A DNA stretch of 64,000 nt from Pecten maximus. Taxonomy: Eukaryota. Position 1 is the first letter of the stretch. Every line of letters begins with the position of its first letter. The position numbers and the translations under genes were made by a program. Under the pieces are notes generated by a model. The model did not search any database and had not been told where the DNA came from. It saw only the letters and a program-made list of their open reading frames with translations. This document shows, one piece after another, positions 14,434 to 27,790 of the stretch. The stretch spans positions 23,064,001 to 23,128,000 of the forward strand of contig NC_047033.1 of NCBI RefSeq assembly GCF_902652985.1, read 5' to 3'.

Positions 14434-14556
14434 TGACATATCATTGAAAACCATAAAGTGTATGGTTTTCAATGATATGTCAAAATAAGTGTTAAGGTTA
14501 TCAGCTATCTTGGAATAAGTGATTCCAAGATAGCTGATAACCTTAACACTTATTTT
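14434..14556. repeat. Two abutting perfect inverted repeats (22-bp and 35-bp arms), both with an AAGTG loop
   Basis: Arms 14434-14455/14461-14482 with loop 14456-14460; arms 14482-14516/14522-14556 with loop 14517-14521. No mismatches. Confidence 0.95.
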
Positions 14557-16260
14557 CAACTAGACTCTATTTAATGAATATTCGTTAGCCGTGTGGATTT
14601 ATTGTTTCTACTGTTCAGGTTTGTGAGCACGTTATATTAGTGTAACCTAGATTGCTGGTATATTTGATGATAGATACGATATCTACAGTTCGATCCGGAA
14701 CTATAAGTCATTTATAGGATTTCAAATGATTTTTCATTTCATGTGACATTTCATGAAATGAAGTTTTTATGTTTGCGGTCTTTGGCAAATACATTTCAGC
14801 TAGTTTTTATCAGCTCAGAAAATTTCCTATTTGACAGATTATGAAGTAAAAATGTGGACGGACTTAATCACAAGTTTGTTTTCAAAAGTTTTGTTGCTCC
14901 TTTCACTAATCATGACCTCAAATGCTTTGTCCATGCTATGACGTCACACTCGATGTATGACATGAGCAGCCAATGAAAAACGCCCTAGAGTATAATTATT
15001 ACAAGAGTGACACATGAACAAAAATTACATGGGTGAATTGATTAGATATAAGGAGGATTTGTGATCAACCAAATTAAAAAGCATGCACTATCTGGTCAGA
15101 AATATCCACTACTAAATTTAGATGACATAAAATATTACTATGTTTGGATTTGTCAGTCACAATAGAGTGGGCCAGTGAAGCATGTTCAAGCACAGTTTGT
15201 TTATGACAACTGTTACATAATTTCTACAGTAGGTATGTGATAAATATAGAATGATATAAACACTACCAATAATGCGAAACTTAACATCTGGGGTTTGAAT
15301 GAAATCACAGGTACGAAACTACGGATGATGGCAATAAAAGTCAGCTCTTCGTCTCTTCGTAGGGGGTACTCAGAAATGCTATGATAGATTACATTTCACA
15401 TAGATTTTGAGTGAGTGATATTGCAAACATAATGAACAAATTACTTCAGTGGTTCTATTCTGGAACACGTGTAAGATAATGCATGTTCTAAATATAAACA
15501 CCGACGCATGTTAACCCTTGAAGACCAACAAGCAGTATGTATGTAGCGGATTTCCTAAGATATAACATAGAACGTTAGGGATTGTCAGGTTATGTATCTT
15601 ACTTACGCAAGGGCAACACATACATGATGGTCTCCGTATATATTTAAAGCGTCCTATAACATGATAGATGTAAATAGTAAATACTGCTTTCAGAGTTTAT
15701 TAGGAAGTAGACAAACGACAATTTAATTGGTGACTATATTGTGTAAGTTTGTAGGGATGAGGGAGGGGGCGAGGGTGTCTCTTTTTGTAGGTTGACTGCG
15801 AAAACTCGACAGTATATGTGATTGAGGATAAGGGGGTATGCGTGGGTGTAATGAGGTGTATATGGGGATAAAGGGATGGGCCTATGTGTGAGATTAAGTT
15901 TGGATGATGGGGCCAGTGCATACTATTAACACTTTGCATAACTGTATAATTTTGTACATAACAATAAAAACAATGATTTCCATGCAAAAACAATATAACA
16001 ATAAGTTTAGACGTTGGATTAAAGCATACATATTTTATAGTATGTTCAGAATTTAGTTAATAACTTGTTGATATAGCAGCTGAACTTTTACTGAGGTCAG
16101 GCAAATGTCACCTGGAGTTCATAGGTCATATTTTGGTCAGTGAAGATTTTTTGGTTAAGTGAATAGTTCTTGGTTCAGATGTAGCATTATAAGTAGAAAT
16201 ATACAAAAAGCGATATTAATTAATATTGAAATTTTGTAATAAGCAGATAACCTCGAACCA

Positions 16261-16443
16261 AAGGAACGTGTATTCGGGAGAGAATGCTGCAGCCAACAAT
16301 GCATTTACATTGGTTGTTATTGTACAAATTGAAGAAAAAAGACATGTAGTTTTTGCTCATTGTTAGTATCATCAAGAAGACAACTCCAAGAATACACATT
16401 TATTTATGCAAGATTTCATCAAGCAGTGTCTTTAGGAAAGTGA
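16261..16443 (+). pseudogene. Decayed B-box zinc-finger (TRIM-like) coding fragment
   Basis: Frame from 16261 reads ...ECCSQQCIYIGCYCTN*RKKTCSFCSLL. This fits B-box2 spacing C-x2-(H>Q)-x7-C-x2-(C>TGA)-x4-C-x2-C, followed by a frameshifted H-x2-(H>D). Confidence 0.45.
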
Positions 16444-17872
16444 TATTCAATCAGTAGATACTTCTGATGTTTTTGCATCACCTTCTGAAATTCCGTCAGA
16501 CATCTCAAACGAATTCATAATGTACCAGGAACGTTCACAAATTTACCAATCTAAACTATATATGAACTTTTTAAACCCAGACAGAAAGTTGTACTCCTGA
16601 CTTAAATCACCCACATCTGACCTTTGACGGCGATCTTACAGTGCATTAAACACTGAATCATAGCATAGCTGTAAATGTCCCATTTAACAACCAATTAAAT
16701 TATCAAAAAGGTTACACTTTGTCCTCAATTGCAACACTTATTAGCTATAAAGTCTGATAAATTTACGGCATGAAGTGAATTAGTATGAAATGTGCTGGAT
16801 CGGTGTTTTTGGATACTATGAAAGAGGTTAATCGGTCTTTGATAGGTTTAATGAAAAAGCTTGACTGTTTCGATGAAGATGGCTTTGATGTTTACGAGGG
16901 AAGTGTATACCCTATTGCTCAACATAAATTAATTTCACATGTTAAAAACCCACGTAATTATATATTATGCAACAATAAAAACATAAGAATTTAGGTGAAA
17001 CCACTTAGATGAATTCCACATTGATGGTTGGTAGGTTATCGACTTGATTGTAAATTAGTACGTGACATAGGAACTGCACCGTATAAACACGTGGCCAATA
17101 AGGTGAGAAATGCTGTAGGCAGTTAAGTTTGATCTATCAGAACCATTACGCAGTATATCACTACATTAGTAGCATAATATCTGCCTCGTTTAAATCTTTC
17201 AGTATCGAACTAAAAACTAAATCATATTAATATGAAAGCGATTTATTTACAACTATATTTGCGTGTTCTATATTTGAATTGATTGTGTTTTAAGGCAAAT
17301 TGACAGCTCTTTTAGGCCTTTTGATATTGAATATTGAACAGAATAAACAAGTAATCCTATTTTATTTTACAAGTCGATCACAAAAAATAGATTTCATTGA
17401 GGATACAAGCGTGCCATAACGACATATGAATGAATAGTTTTGATATATATTCTATTGCCATAAACATTATCATTATTATAACATTCCTAATGGTTAATCA
17501 GCTCTTAAAATGTCATTATGGCCAATTAATGGTGAGCACAAAGGTGTGATTAACGCTATAACATCAAATGAAATCTGTAAAAATGAGTTCGTACACTCCC
17601 TATTATAATTAAACATGAAGGTGGTATGATAAGTCATATGTAGTGGTTAAGACCGACAGTTTTCGGGTTTTCCACGACTTCGTGTATGTTAACAGTTTAA
17701 CATTGATATAGAAACTATATCTTGATGGTTGTAGATGAATCATGCGAACACTGAGGCTGCCCCTAACGCTTTATGAAGTAATATTGCCTTTGAAGAAAGA
17801 CCTAGTATGAGAGTGGAATAAAACAATGACGCATTCATTAATAGATTCACATATAAATGTGTCTTCCTTAGG

Positions 17873-18120
17873 TTTTGGTTTGGTTTGGTGTATTTTGTTT
17901 AACGTCCTATTAACAGCTAAGGTCATTTAAGAACGGCCTCCCGTGCGTGCGACATGCATGCGTGTGGTGAGTGCGTATGTGTGTTTTGGGAGGCTGTGGT
18001 ATGTTCGTGTTAAGTCTCCTTGTGATAGTCCGGAACTTTTGCCGATTTAAAGTGCTACCTCACTGAAGCATACTGCCGTAGACACCCAGCAGCACACCCC
18101 ACCCGGTCACATTATACCGA
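17873..18120 (-). mobile_element. 5'-truncated Meta-domain SINE sharing its 3' tail with V-SINE family 1
   Basis: Tail ttgtttaacgtcctattaacagctaaggtcatttaag plus core aagtgctacctcactgaagcatactgccgtagacacccagc...ggtcacattatac. Possible TSD cttccttaggt/cttccgtaggt. Confidence 0.8.
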
Positions 18121-18513
18121 CTTAGACTTCCGTAGGTGAATATAAGTAGCTATATTATGTTTGCCTTATCCTAACATAAGTAGGTGAACTAACTTATTCT
18201 TTAAAACACTAGTCGAGATAAATTTAGTTATTTATTTGTAAGAAATTTCCTGCGATTAAGGGGTACCCATCATGTTCACATATAGGACTTGGCTGTAGGG
18301 AATAACAATATACAGGGAAGTATGGTTTTGTTTACTTGAAATATTTAGTGACGCGATGATTTGGTGTTTTGAGTCATTCGACATCAACGTCACATTTCCA
18401 TGTTATTGAAGTGTCATACCCTTGGAACGGAAATGTGACAAACCATTCATTTACATTATGTTGTTGTCATGTCTGGATAATTCGGTAGTGTGTTACAAAT
18501 CATGCCATGACTT

Positions 18514-20551
18514 TATACGATACTAAATATACTTGCCAGTCGTACAATACCATACAAAATATACTTGCCAGTTGTACAATACCATACCATACAATACCAT
18601 ACTTAATATACTTGTCAGTCGTACAATACGGTACTAAATATACTTGCCAGTTGTACAATACGGAACTAAATATACTTGCCAGTCGAACAATACCATACTT
18701 AATATGCTTGTCAGTCGTACAATACGGTACTAAATATACTTGTCAGTCGTACAATACCGTACTAAATATACTTGCCAGTCGTACAATACCATACTTAATA
18801 TACTTGCCAGTTGTACAATACGGTACTAAATATACTTGCCAGTCGTACAATACCGTACTTAATATACTTGTCAGTCGTACAATACCGTACTAAATATACT
18901 TGCCAGTCGTACAATACCATACTTAATATACTTGCCAGTTGTACAATACGGTACTAAATATACTTGCCAGTTGTACAATACCGTACTAAATATGCATGTC
19001 AGTTGTACAATACAGAACTAAATATACTTGTCAGTTGTACAATACCATACTTAATATGCTTGTCAGTCGTACAATACGGTACTAAATATACTTGCCAGTT
19101 GTACAATACCATACTAAATATACTTGTCAGTCGTACAATACCATACTCAATATACTTGCCAGTCGAACAATACCATACTTAATATGCTTGTCAGTTGTAC
19201 AATACGGTACTAAATATACTTGTCAGTCGTACAATACGGAACTAAATATACTTGTCAGTTGTACAATACCATACTCAATATACTTGTCAGTTGTACAATA
19301 CGGTACTAAATATGCTTGTCAGTTGTACAATACGGTACTAAATATGCTTGTCAGTCGTACAATACCGTACTAAATATACTTGCCAGTCGTACAATACCAT
19401 ACTCAATATACTTGTCAGTTGTACAATACAGAACTAAATATATGCCAGTTGTACAATACGGTACTAAATATGCTTGTCAGTTGTACAATACGGTACTAAA
19501 TATATGCCAGTTGTACAATACGGTACTAAATATACTTGCCAGTCGTACAATACGGAACTAAATATACTTGTCAGTCGTACAATACGGAACTAAATATACT
19601 TGTCAGTCGTACAATACCATACTAAATATGCTTGTCAGTTGTACAATACGGTACTAAATATACTTGTCAGTTGTACAATACCATACTAAATATACTTGTC
19701 AGTCGTACAATACCATACTAAATATGCTTGTCAGTTGTACAATACGGTACTAAATATACTTGTCAGTTGTACAATACCATACTAAATATGCTTGTCAGTT
19801 GTACAATACGGTACTAAATATACTTGTCAGTTGTACAATACCATACTAAATATACTTGCCAGTTGTACAATACAGAACTAAATATACTTGCCAGTCGTAC
19901 AATACGGAACTAAATATACTTGTCAGTTGTACAATACAGAACTAAATATATGCCAGTCGTACAATACCATACTAAATATACTTGTCAGTCGTACAATACG
20001 GAACTAAATATACTTGCCAGTTGTACAATACCATACTAAATATACTTGCCAGTTGTACAATACCGTACTAAATATGCTTGCCAGTCGAACAATACCATAC
20101 TAAATATGCTTGTCAGTCGTACAATACGGTACTAAATATGCTTGTCAGTTGTACAATACGGTACTAAATATACTTGCCAGTTGTACAATACAGAACTAAA
20201 TATACTTGCCAGTCGTACAATACGGAACTAAATATACTTGCCAGTTGTACAATACAGAACTAAATATATGCCAGTCGTACAATACCATACTCAATATACT
20301 TGTCAGTCGTACAATACGGAACTAAATATGCTTGCCAGTCGAACAATACCATACTAAATATGCTTGTCAGTTGTACAATACCGTACTAAATATGCTTGTC
20401 AGTTGTACAATACGGTACTAAATATACTTGCCAGTTGTACAATACCATACTTAATATACTTGCCAGTTGTACAATACCGTACTAAATATGCTTGTCAGTT
20501 GTGCAATTCGGTACTAAATATGCCTGCCAGGCGTACAATACCATACTAAAT
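18514..20551. repeat. 32-bp minisatellite, about 63 copies
   Basis: Unit tactaaatatacttg(c/t)cagt(c/t)gtacaatac(ca/gg/cg); period 32 (e.g. 18728 to 18760). Confidence 0.97.
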
Positions 20552-20619
20552 ACAGTACCGACAGGCGCCTTCATAAGTATCCGTGAAATCAATAAATTGA
20601 AGTCCATTTCCGGTCATTA

Positions 20620-21078
20620 AAAATGTGTGTGGAAGTTAACAGTGAGACAAGTGTAAATGGGGCGAACCCTTACATAGAATTATAGCTTCCTTTAGTAGAG
20701 GCATTAACGATCTTAGAGTGTGTGTGTTTGAAAGCCTTGTTATAGCGATAACAAAGTGTCATCATCAGTCTGACTGATCTAGATGGTCCGTACAGTAATT
20801 ACACTTTCTGTTCCATTCCCATGACTTTATGCTCTCTTCATTTATACAGAGCTGTCTACCTTTAGCATGTTTAGTTAGTCTGGGACGTCTCGTTAACATA
20901 GCGACCTGTAGGGATACATGTTTCGGGTGTATCCATGTCCTAGTAATGACTACTACAATCAACCCTCATTAAGATAGAGTATATGAGACTCAAAATTTGT
21001 GTTTGGAAGTTAACAGTCAGACAAGTGTAAATGGGGCAAACCCTTACATAGAATTATAGCTTCCTTTAGTAGAGGCAT
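20620..21078. repeat. About 85-bp direct repeat, two copies 374 bp apart
   Basis: ggaagttaacagt(g/c)agacaagtgtaaatggggc(g/a)aacccttacatagaattatagcttcctttagtagaggcat at about 20620-20704 and 20994-21078. Confidence 0.9.
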
Positions 21079-21222
21079 ACTATTCAGTATGGATATCAAT
21101 CTTGTTCTTTAGTTCACAGATAGTTGGTCTCTTTTAACATTTAGTTAAATGATAAACAGACGTCTGCTTTTGATTCTTTTTTTTTCTTTTTTTTGTAGGT
21201 TTTTTTTTTTTTTTGAAAAACA

Positions 21223-21643
21223 AATAATAGTCCCTACTTCTACTATATCACCAAGGGGTAACACATGGAGATTGGATGATGAATCGACTGTGGAATGGAG
21301 ATAGGGTGTCTATCTTAGAGCTGTTTGAAAATGGACGTTCTGATTGGTCAATATTTATAGTAAGTATTGTTTACAGAGCTGTCGACCAATCAGATTGCCC
21401 CGGTTGCTGCATCGTCGGCTATCACGACCGCTATTGGTCCATTTTCTCATATTCAAATCACTGTCTCACGCAATAGAATGAAATGCGATTCTAAACCGAG
21501 GTACGTTACTGAAGTGTGTGTGCATTTGATATTTTTAAGTCGGATTTAACTGAAATTGAAAATCAATTGAAGCTATCCCCTCCCCCCATTCGACTTTCCA
21601 GGTGTTAAACCTTCTTGATATAGTAAGAGTAGGGACTATTATT
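21223..21643. mobile_element. About 420-bp MITE with about 46-bp imperfect TIRs
   Basis: Left end aataatagtccctacttctactatatcaccaaggggtaacacatgga; reverse complement of right end aataatagtccctactcttactatatcaagaaggtttaacacctgga. No coding capacity. Confidence 0.8.
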
Positions 21644-24600
21644 ATTTTTCTATTGATATTACCCAGATTAACAAGATGTAGACCTCTGTGAATAAAATAA
21701 GAAAAAACTCATTTCTGATGTTAGTACATTATTAATGATGCCCAATTTAATTTTTTTTAAATGTGTTCATTCAAAACGCTAATAACTCAATACATGTACT
21801 CATTTATTTAATAACTCCAGCTTACAAATGATTATACGTGAAAGTTGTCGTCCAAATGACGCAATGTTTCTTGTTGCCCGATAAAAATTATACTAAACCC
21901 ACATTGAAAGTGTAACTTTGAGTAATTGATTTAAATATTTTAGAGTCAACTCTTGATATGATAGCTGTTCTCAAAATTACTGATAAACGACATATATTAC
22001 AAAAACACTTTCAGAAAGTAGAAAAGACCTGTGGATTTGAATACACAAAATGTCTGTTCTTACTGTATCACAAAACCTTGTAATATTCTTATACATAGAA
22101 ATATCCCTAATATTTTACACGCTATCCAAGTTTATATTTAAAACTGACACTAACCAACACCTGTATTCCCGCCGTCCATAGCCTCCATCCTTTTAACATC
22201 ACCTCCATCGTTACCTAGGGCATATATACACCCAGATTGATTCCGTAGATACAGGAAGGTGATAGCTAAGTGTCTGCGGTGCCAACGGATTTAAACGACC
22301 GTTTATCTACCGTTGTTAATACGGAAAGTTTTTAAAATTTTAAGTGACGTATTGAGATAATGTTGCAAGATAACTGTTCATTTCTGGCGCGTTCTTCGAG
22401 CAATCGATCCGCGGCGCAGATGAGATAGTGCCTATAAGTATCCGCCAGATCTTGTGGGGAGGTATATCGCGGAGGGATACTGAAGCGCGGATGGACTTCT
22501 AAAATTATATCGTCCACCAGACGAGATTTAGGGTACATAGATTATATACAATATACATCTAAGAAATATAGAACTTTTGGGCTTCGTTTAGCATTACTGT
22601 CAGAATCAAGAGCCAGAAGCTGTGATACAGTATAGGCCTTAAATATCACACACAGGTGTGCATTCAATGAAAAAGAACGTGTATTAAAAATACACATGCC
22701 GAAAATTGGCAAACAATATGACAGCTGTTTAACCTTTTTCCCAGTGACGAGAGTTTCCATATGTATACTAGAACTAGGATGTTATCTTACGTATGTCTGT
22801 TCACAGCCTACGTGTAAGTGACAGATATTCCAACTTAAACGGCCATGACGAATGTAGCTGTTCTTTGTTGAAAACATGGACACCTTTTCATTTTTCAAAT
22901 TTGAGATATGACGTCTTGACTCGGAGTTTGAATGTTCTTTTTTACCTGAGTAGAAGTTGGAAAAATTCACGATTTAAGCCCTTCCGATTAACTGACCAAA
23001 TTTCATCGTACATCTTCCTCAACCACTCCCTTGATATGCACTTCACTGATTTTTTTTTCATTCCCAGCGCGAAAGACATTCCTATAATGACTTAGGAGTG
23101 TTATCGCGTTTACAAAAACAGATGATGACCGACCGATAGGTCTCGTCGAGGATCATCAGAACATGTTATAACCTCTTAATTGGCTAGTTGACCGGGAACG
23201 CAAGAATACCACACCGGCACGGTATTCTGACATTACATTAAATCCGCAGAAATGGTATTTTAACAAGTACTGACAGCTTGAAGTTTTATTACCAAAACAG
23301 TTGGTCAAATTTGTTGTCATTTCGAACGTATTATGAAAAGATTTGTAAAACTTAGGTAGGTCAAAAAAGACTTCATTCAATAGCACACAGTTTAAGATTT
23401 GCAACATATAAGAATCCTTTCAACAGATTTGACATAAATCTGTTTCGTAAACTGACAATACTGATAAACAGTCAATCAACTAATAGCATTGTTAGCTTAA
23501 TCAGAGAATAAATTATTCAATTTATACAAAGCAGTATTTAATCAAATATTGTATAATAATTATTACTTCTTATTATTTACTTAGAACATCTCCTATTTTT
23601 TCAAGGAATAGTAAATTGTCAAGAATTACAACTCACAGACCGTCTTCTACAGATACCAACACATGAAAATATGCCTACAATACCAACACTACAGTGATTG
23701 AGCCAAGTATATCTCGGAACTACAGCGTACAGACAAATCTCTGTCGGAAAAGTGAACAGATGAAGGCTGTTCAAAACTAAAATTCAAATTCAAACTTCTC
23801 GACAATTCAGAATAGCAAGGAAAGGATGATAATATCACAAGACTGACATAAATGTAATATGAATATTACTTACATATGTATGTGTGAATCAATTGCGTTA
23901 AATGAGAGCCCTTTTTACGAGTTTTTCGTCAATAAAGTTTTAATATCGGTGATTGGTTTTGTATATAATTAGGTGTTATTAACATCAATAGAACATTTAA
24001 GGATGACAAGTTATACAAAACGCATGCAGGACAATTTGTATTTGTTTCTTTTTTTTTCAGATTTTAAAGCCGTTAATTGTATTTAAGTTAATCAGCATTG
24101 TCGTCAGATTATACATGTTTCGTGCTTTATTGAACGTGAAGGTGTGTTTTCTTGTCTATTTGTGCGAAAAACAGGCAACAAGAATAGGAATAGGAACAAG
24201 AATGCAGTCTCAAATCAAACGAAACATTTCAAAACTATTATATCTATCCACTCATTAAGGAACACATAAACACCAGGAGTATCAAAAACATTATGAACTT
24301 GTGTTGCTGACACATAGCCGAGACATTACGGAAACAGTGTGCTGTGGACACTCCGGTTATCAACCGACACTTACAATGTACATTATGTAGCATCTTACTG
24401 ATTATGGCCTAACAAAACGTATCATAATCAACACATTGTGATACCAATCACACTTCTGAAGTAGCAATGATAGTCATAGTCTTCCCTTTTTCTTTGAGGT
24501 TACCACCGTCTATAGTGGCAGCAGACTTTTTTTTTCGGCATAGCCGTCTAATTTTCTTTTGGCCCCGGATATGACGCGACAGGTGGCGTTCTGGTCAAGA

Positions 24601-24673
24601 TGAAGTATGTGATTGGTCAATGTAGCGGTCAATGCAAAATGCAGATATACAGTTAAAAACGAAACAAAGTTAA

Positions 24674-25452
24674 AGGGACCTCACAGTAAACCAATATTTA
24701 TTTTGTATTTTTTATCATATTATTGGGTATATCTTTTAAAAAAATAACCTTCTGAACAATGACCATTCGAATTCGATGATGTATGTACATAAAAACATCA
24801 ATTATCAATTATTAAAATGTTATCACTCTGAATATGCAAATTTTGTGACATATACGATAAACGCATGCGCACAACAAACTAAAAAATGGCTTCCAATGTG
24901 AATCGACTGGGGTTGAAAACGATAACAGCTTCCGCAATGAAGAGAATAATAGGAAAATGGGTCAAACACAATCCTAGAATTAAACTGGGGAAGCAGTACG
25001 ATAGATTGTAACAGTTCAAACATGAAAACAACAGTAATACGGACGCCGCTCGTATTCTGCTTGATTGTTTGATAGTAGGTCATGATAATCTCGGTAATAT
25101 TTACACAAACTCGGTATTTACACATAAATATGTGTGCCGTAATATATACAGAACGTGTTATTTAACATTTAAACCACTGTGTATAATATCGTTATCCAAC
25201 TAACCCAGATGGAATATAGATATCGCCTTGTAAACTATCGTGTGTTTGTGTTGCCACGATTTCAAAACAGTCACGTAATGATCTAAAAATAATTTCCGCG
25301 CTAAATTTAGAGGGGGATTCCCAACTAAATCGAGTGGTCAAGCTGGACATAGGGATTGACTGTGAACATTGGAACAGCACAGAAACATAACTGGAAAGGA
25401 ACAAAACGCGTACATTCAGTGAAAATTGCAACGTTTTTACCGTGATGTCCCT
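24674..25452. mobile_element. TTAA-flanked non-autonomous DNA transposon (Kolobok-like)
   Basis: ttaa|agggacctcac ... gtgatgtccct|(t)ttaa: short TIR (10/11 match) starting AG at TTAA sites. Confidence 0.5.
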
Positions 25453-25664
25453 TTTAAATTGAATGCAAGCTGAATAAGTGGATGCATCTATTCAAATGAC
25501 ACATTTGCAGTCTTATTATCACCAAAATGATTCAAACTGATATAATTTTGTTATCCGTGCTGAAACTGCGCATTTATTTATTACATCGTAGTTCGTTAAT
25601 TTATTTCACCAGTAGTTTTACATTATAACCACCAGCATTAAAACGATGCCGTTTATCTTTTTAA

Positions 25665-26435
25665 AGATATTTCTTGTTTGAAGTAACCACGCTCTATAGC
25701 GGCCGTAATGAACTCATTTTTTGTTGAAAAAACCAACGTCTATAGTGGCCGTAATGAACTCATTTTTGTTGAAGTAACCACCCTCTATAGTGGCCGTAAT
25801 GAACTCATTTTTGTTGAAGTAACCACCCTCTATAGCGGCCGTAATGAACTCATTTTTGTTGAAGTAACCATCGTCTACAGCGGCAGTAATGAACTCCTTT
25901 TTTTTAAGTAACCACCCTCTATAGCGGCCGTAATGAACTCATTTTTTTTAAGTAACCACCGTCTAAAGCGGTCGTAATAAAATCATTTCCGTTTAAGTAA
26001 CCACCCTCTATTGCAGCCGTAATCAACTCATTTTTGTTGAAGTAACCACCGTTTATAGCGGAAGTTGTCATGTTTTTGTTTTATTTTTGTTTTGTTGTTG
26101 ATGATGAAGTAACCACCGTCTATAGCGGCCGTAATCAACTCATTTTTGTTGAAGTAACCATCTTCTATAGCGGCAGTAGTCTTGTTATTTTTGTTGAAGT
26201 AACCATCTTCTATAGCGGCAGTAGTCTTGTTATTTTTGTTGAAGTAACCATCTTCTATAGCGGCAGTAGTCTTGTTATTTTTGTTGAAGTAACCATCTTC
26301 TATAGCGGCAGTAGTCTTGTTATTTTTGTTGAAGTAACCATCCTCTATAGCGGCAGTAGTCTTGTTATTTTTGTTGAAGTAACCATCCTCAATAACGGCC
26401 GTAATCAACTCATTTTTGTTGAAGTAACCACCCGC
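25665..26435. repeat. 45-bp minisatellite, about 17 copies (subfamily A)
   Basis: Unit gaagtaaccaccctctatagcggccgtaatgaactcatttttgtt; period 45 (25771 to 25816). Confidence 0.95.
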
Positions 26436-26499
26436 CTTAGCAGCTGTGACCTACACTAACTTCTTCATCAAGCGTATCCTTTAGCAACCTGACCTATTC

Positions 26500-27790
26500 T
26501 TATTTCGGATGTAAACGTCCTGTCAGTCGTCCTCTGCTGTGGCTGTAGTATTTTTTAAAAGAAAATGTCTGTGTAGCGATCGTATAGTAGTCTTATGTCT
26601 GAAGTAGCGATGGCAGTCTGCTCTTACTTCTAAAGTAAACGTTTTTTTGGTTGCGACCTAACACATTCTTACTTCTAAAGTACGCGTCCTCTTTATCGGC
26701 CGTAGTCTACTCTTACCTCTGAACTAAGCTTTCTCTGTAGCGGCCGTAGTCTACTCTTACTTCTAAACCAAGCTTTCTCTGTAGCGGTCATAGTCCACTC
26801 TTACTTCTGAATTAAGTGTCCTCTGTAGCGTCCGTAGTCCACTCTTACTTCTAAACCAAGCTTTCTCTGTATCGGCCATAGTCTACTCTTACCTCTGAAC
26901 TAAGCTTTCTCTGTAACGGCCGTAGTCCACTCTTACTTCTGAACTAAGCTTTCTCTGTAACGGCCGTAGTCCACTCTTACTTCTGAACTAAGCTTTCTCT
27001 GTAACGGCCGTAGTCCACTCTTACTTCTGAACTAAGTGTCGTCTGTAGCGGTCATAGTCCACTCTTACTTCTGAACTAAGCTTTCTCTGTAACGGCCGTA
27101 GTCCACTCTTACTTCTGAACTAAGTGTCGTCTGTAGCGGTCATAGTCCACTCTTACTTCTGAACTAAGCTTTCTCTGTAACGGCCGTAGTCCACTCTTAC
27201 TTCTGAACTAAGTGTCGTCTGTAGCGGTCATAGTCCACTCTTACTTCTGAACTAAGCTTTCTCTGTAACGGCCGTAGTCCACTCTTACTTCTGAACTAAG
27301 TGTCGTCTGTAGCGGTCATAGTCCACTCTTACTTCTGAACTAAGTGTCGTCTGTAGCGGTCATAGTCCACTCTTACTTCTGAACTAAATGTCGTCTGTAG
27401 CCACCACCGTAGTCTACTCTTACTTCTAAACCAAGCTTTCTCTGTAGCGGTCATAGTCCACTCTTACTTCTGAACTAAATGTCGTCTGTAGCCACCACCG
27501 TAGTCTACTCTTACTTCTGAAGTAAGTATCCTCTGTAGCGGCCGTAGTCTACTCTTATTTCTGAATTAAGCGTCCTCTTTTTCGGTCATAGTCTACTCTT
27601 ACTTCTGAATTAAGCGTTCTCTTTATCGGTCATAGTCTACTCTCACTTCTGAAGTAAGTGTCGTCTGTAGCGGTCATAGTCCACTCTTACTTCTGAATTA
27701 AACTTTCTCTGTAGTGGCCGTAGTCTACTCTTACTTCTGAATTAAGATTTCTCTGTAGCGGCCGTAGTCTACTCTTACTTCTGAATTAAG
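26500..27790. repeat. 44-bp minisatellite, about 27 copies (subfamily B, homologous to A)
   Basis: Unit tagtccactcttacttctgaactaagctttctctgtaacggccg; period 44 (26923 to 26967). Degenerate at the left end. Confidence 0.95.

Noticed and set aside
18507-20549. Repetitive ORFs (VVQYGTKYTCQ...)
   Set aside because: Translation products of the 32-bp minisatellite.
22332-23095. Short ORFs in a CpG-richer segment, possibly transposase or integrase remnants
   Set aside because: No catalytic motif or terminal repeats could be recognised.
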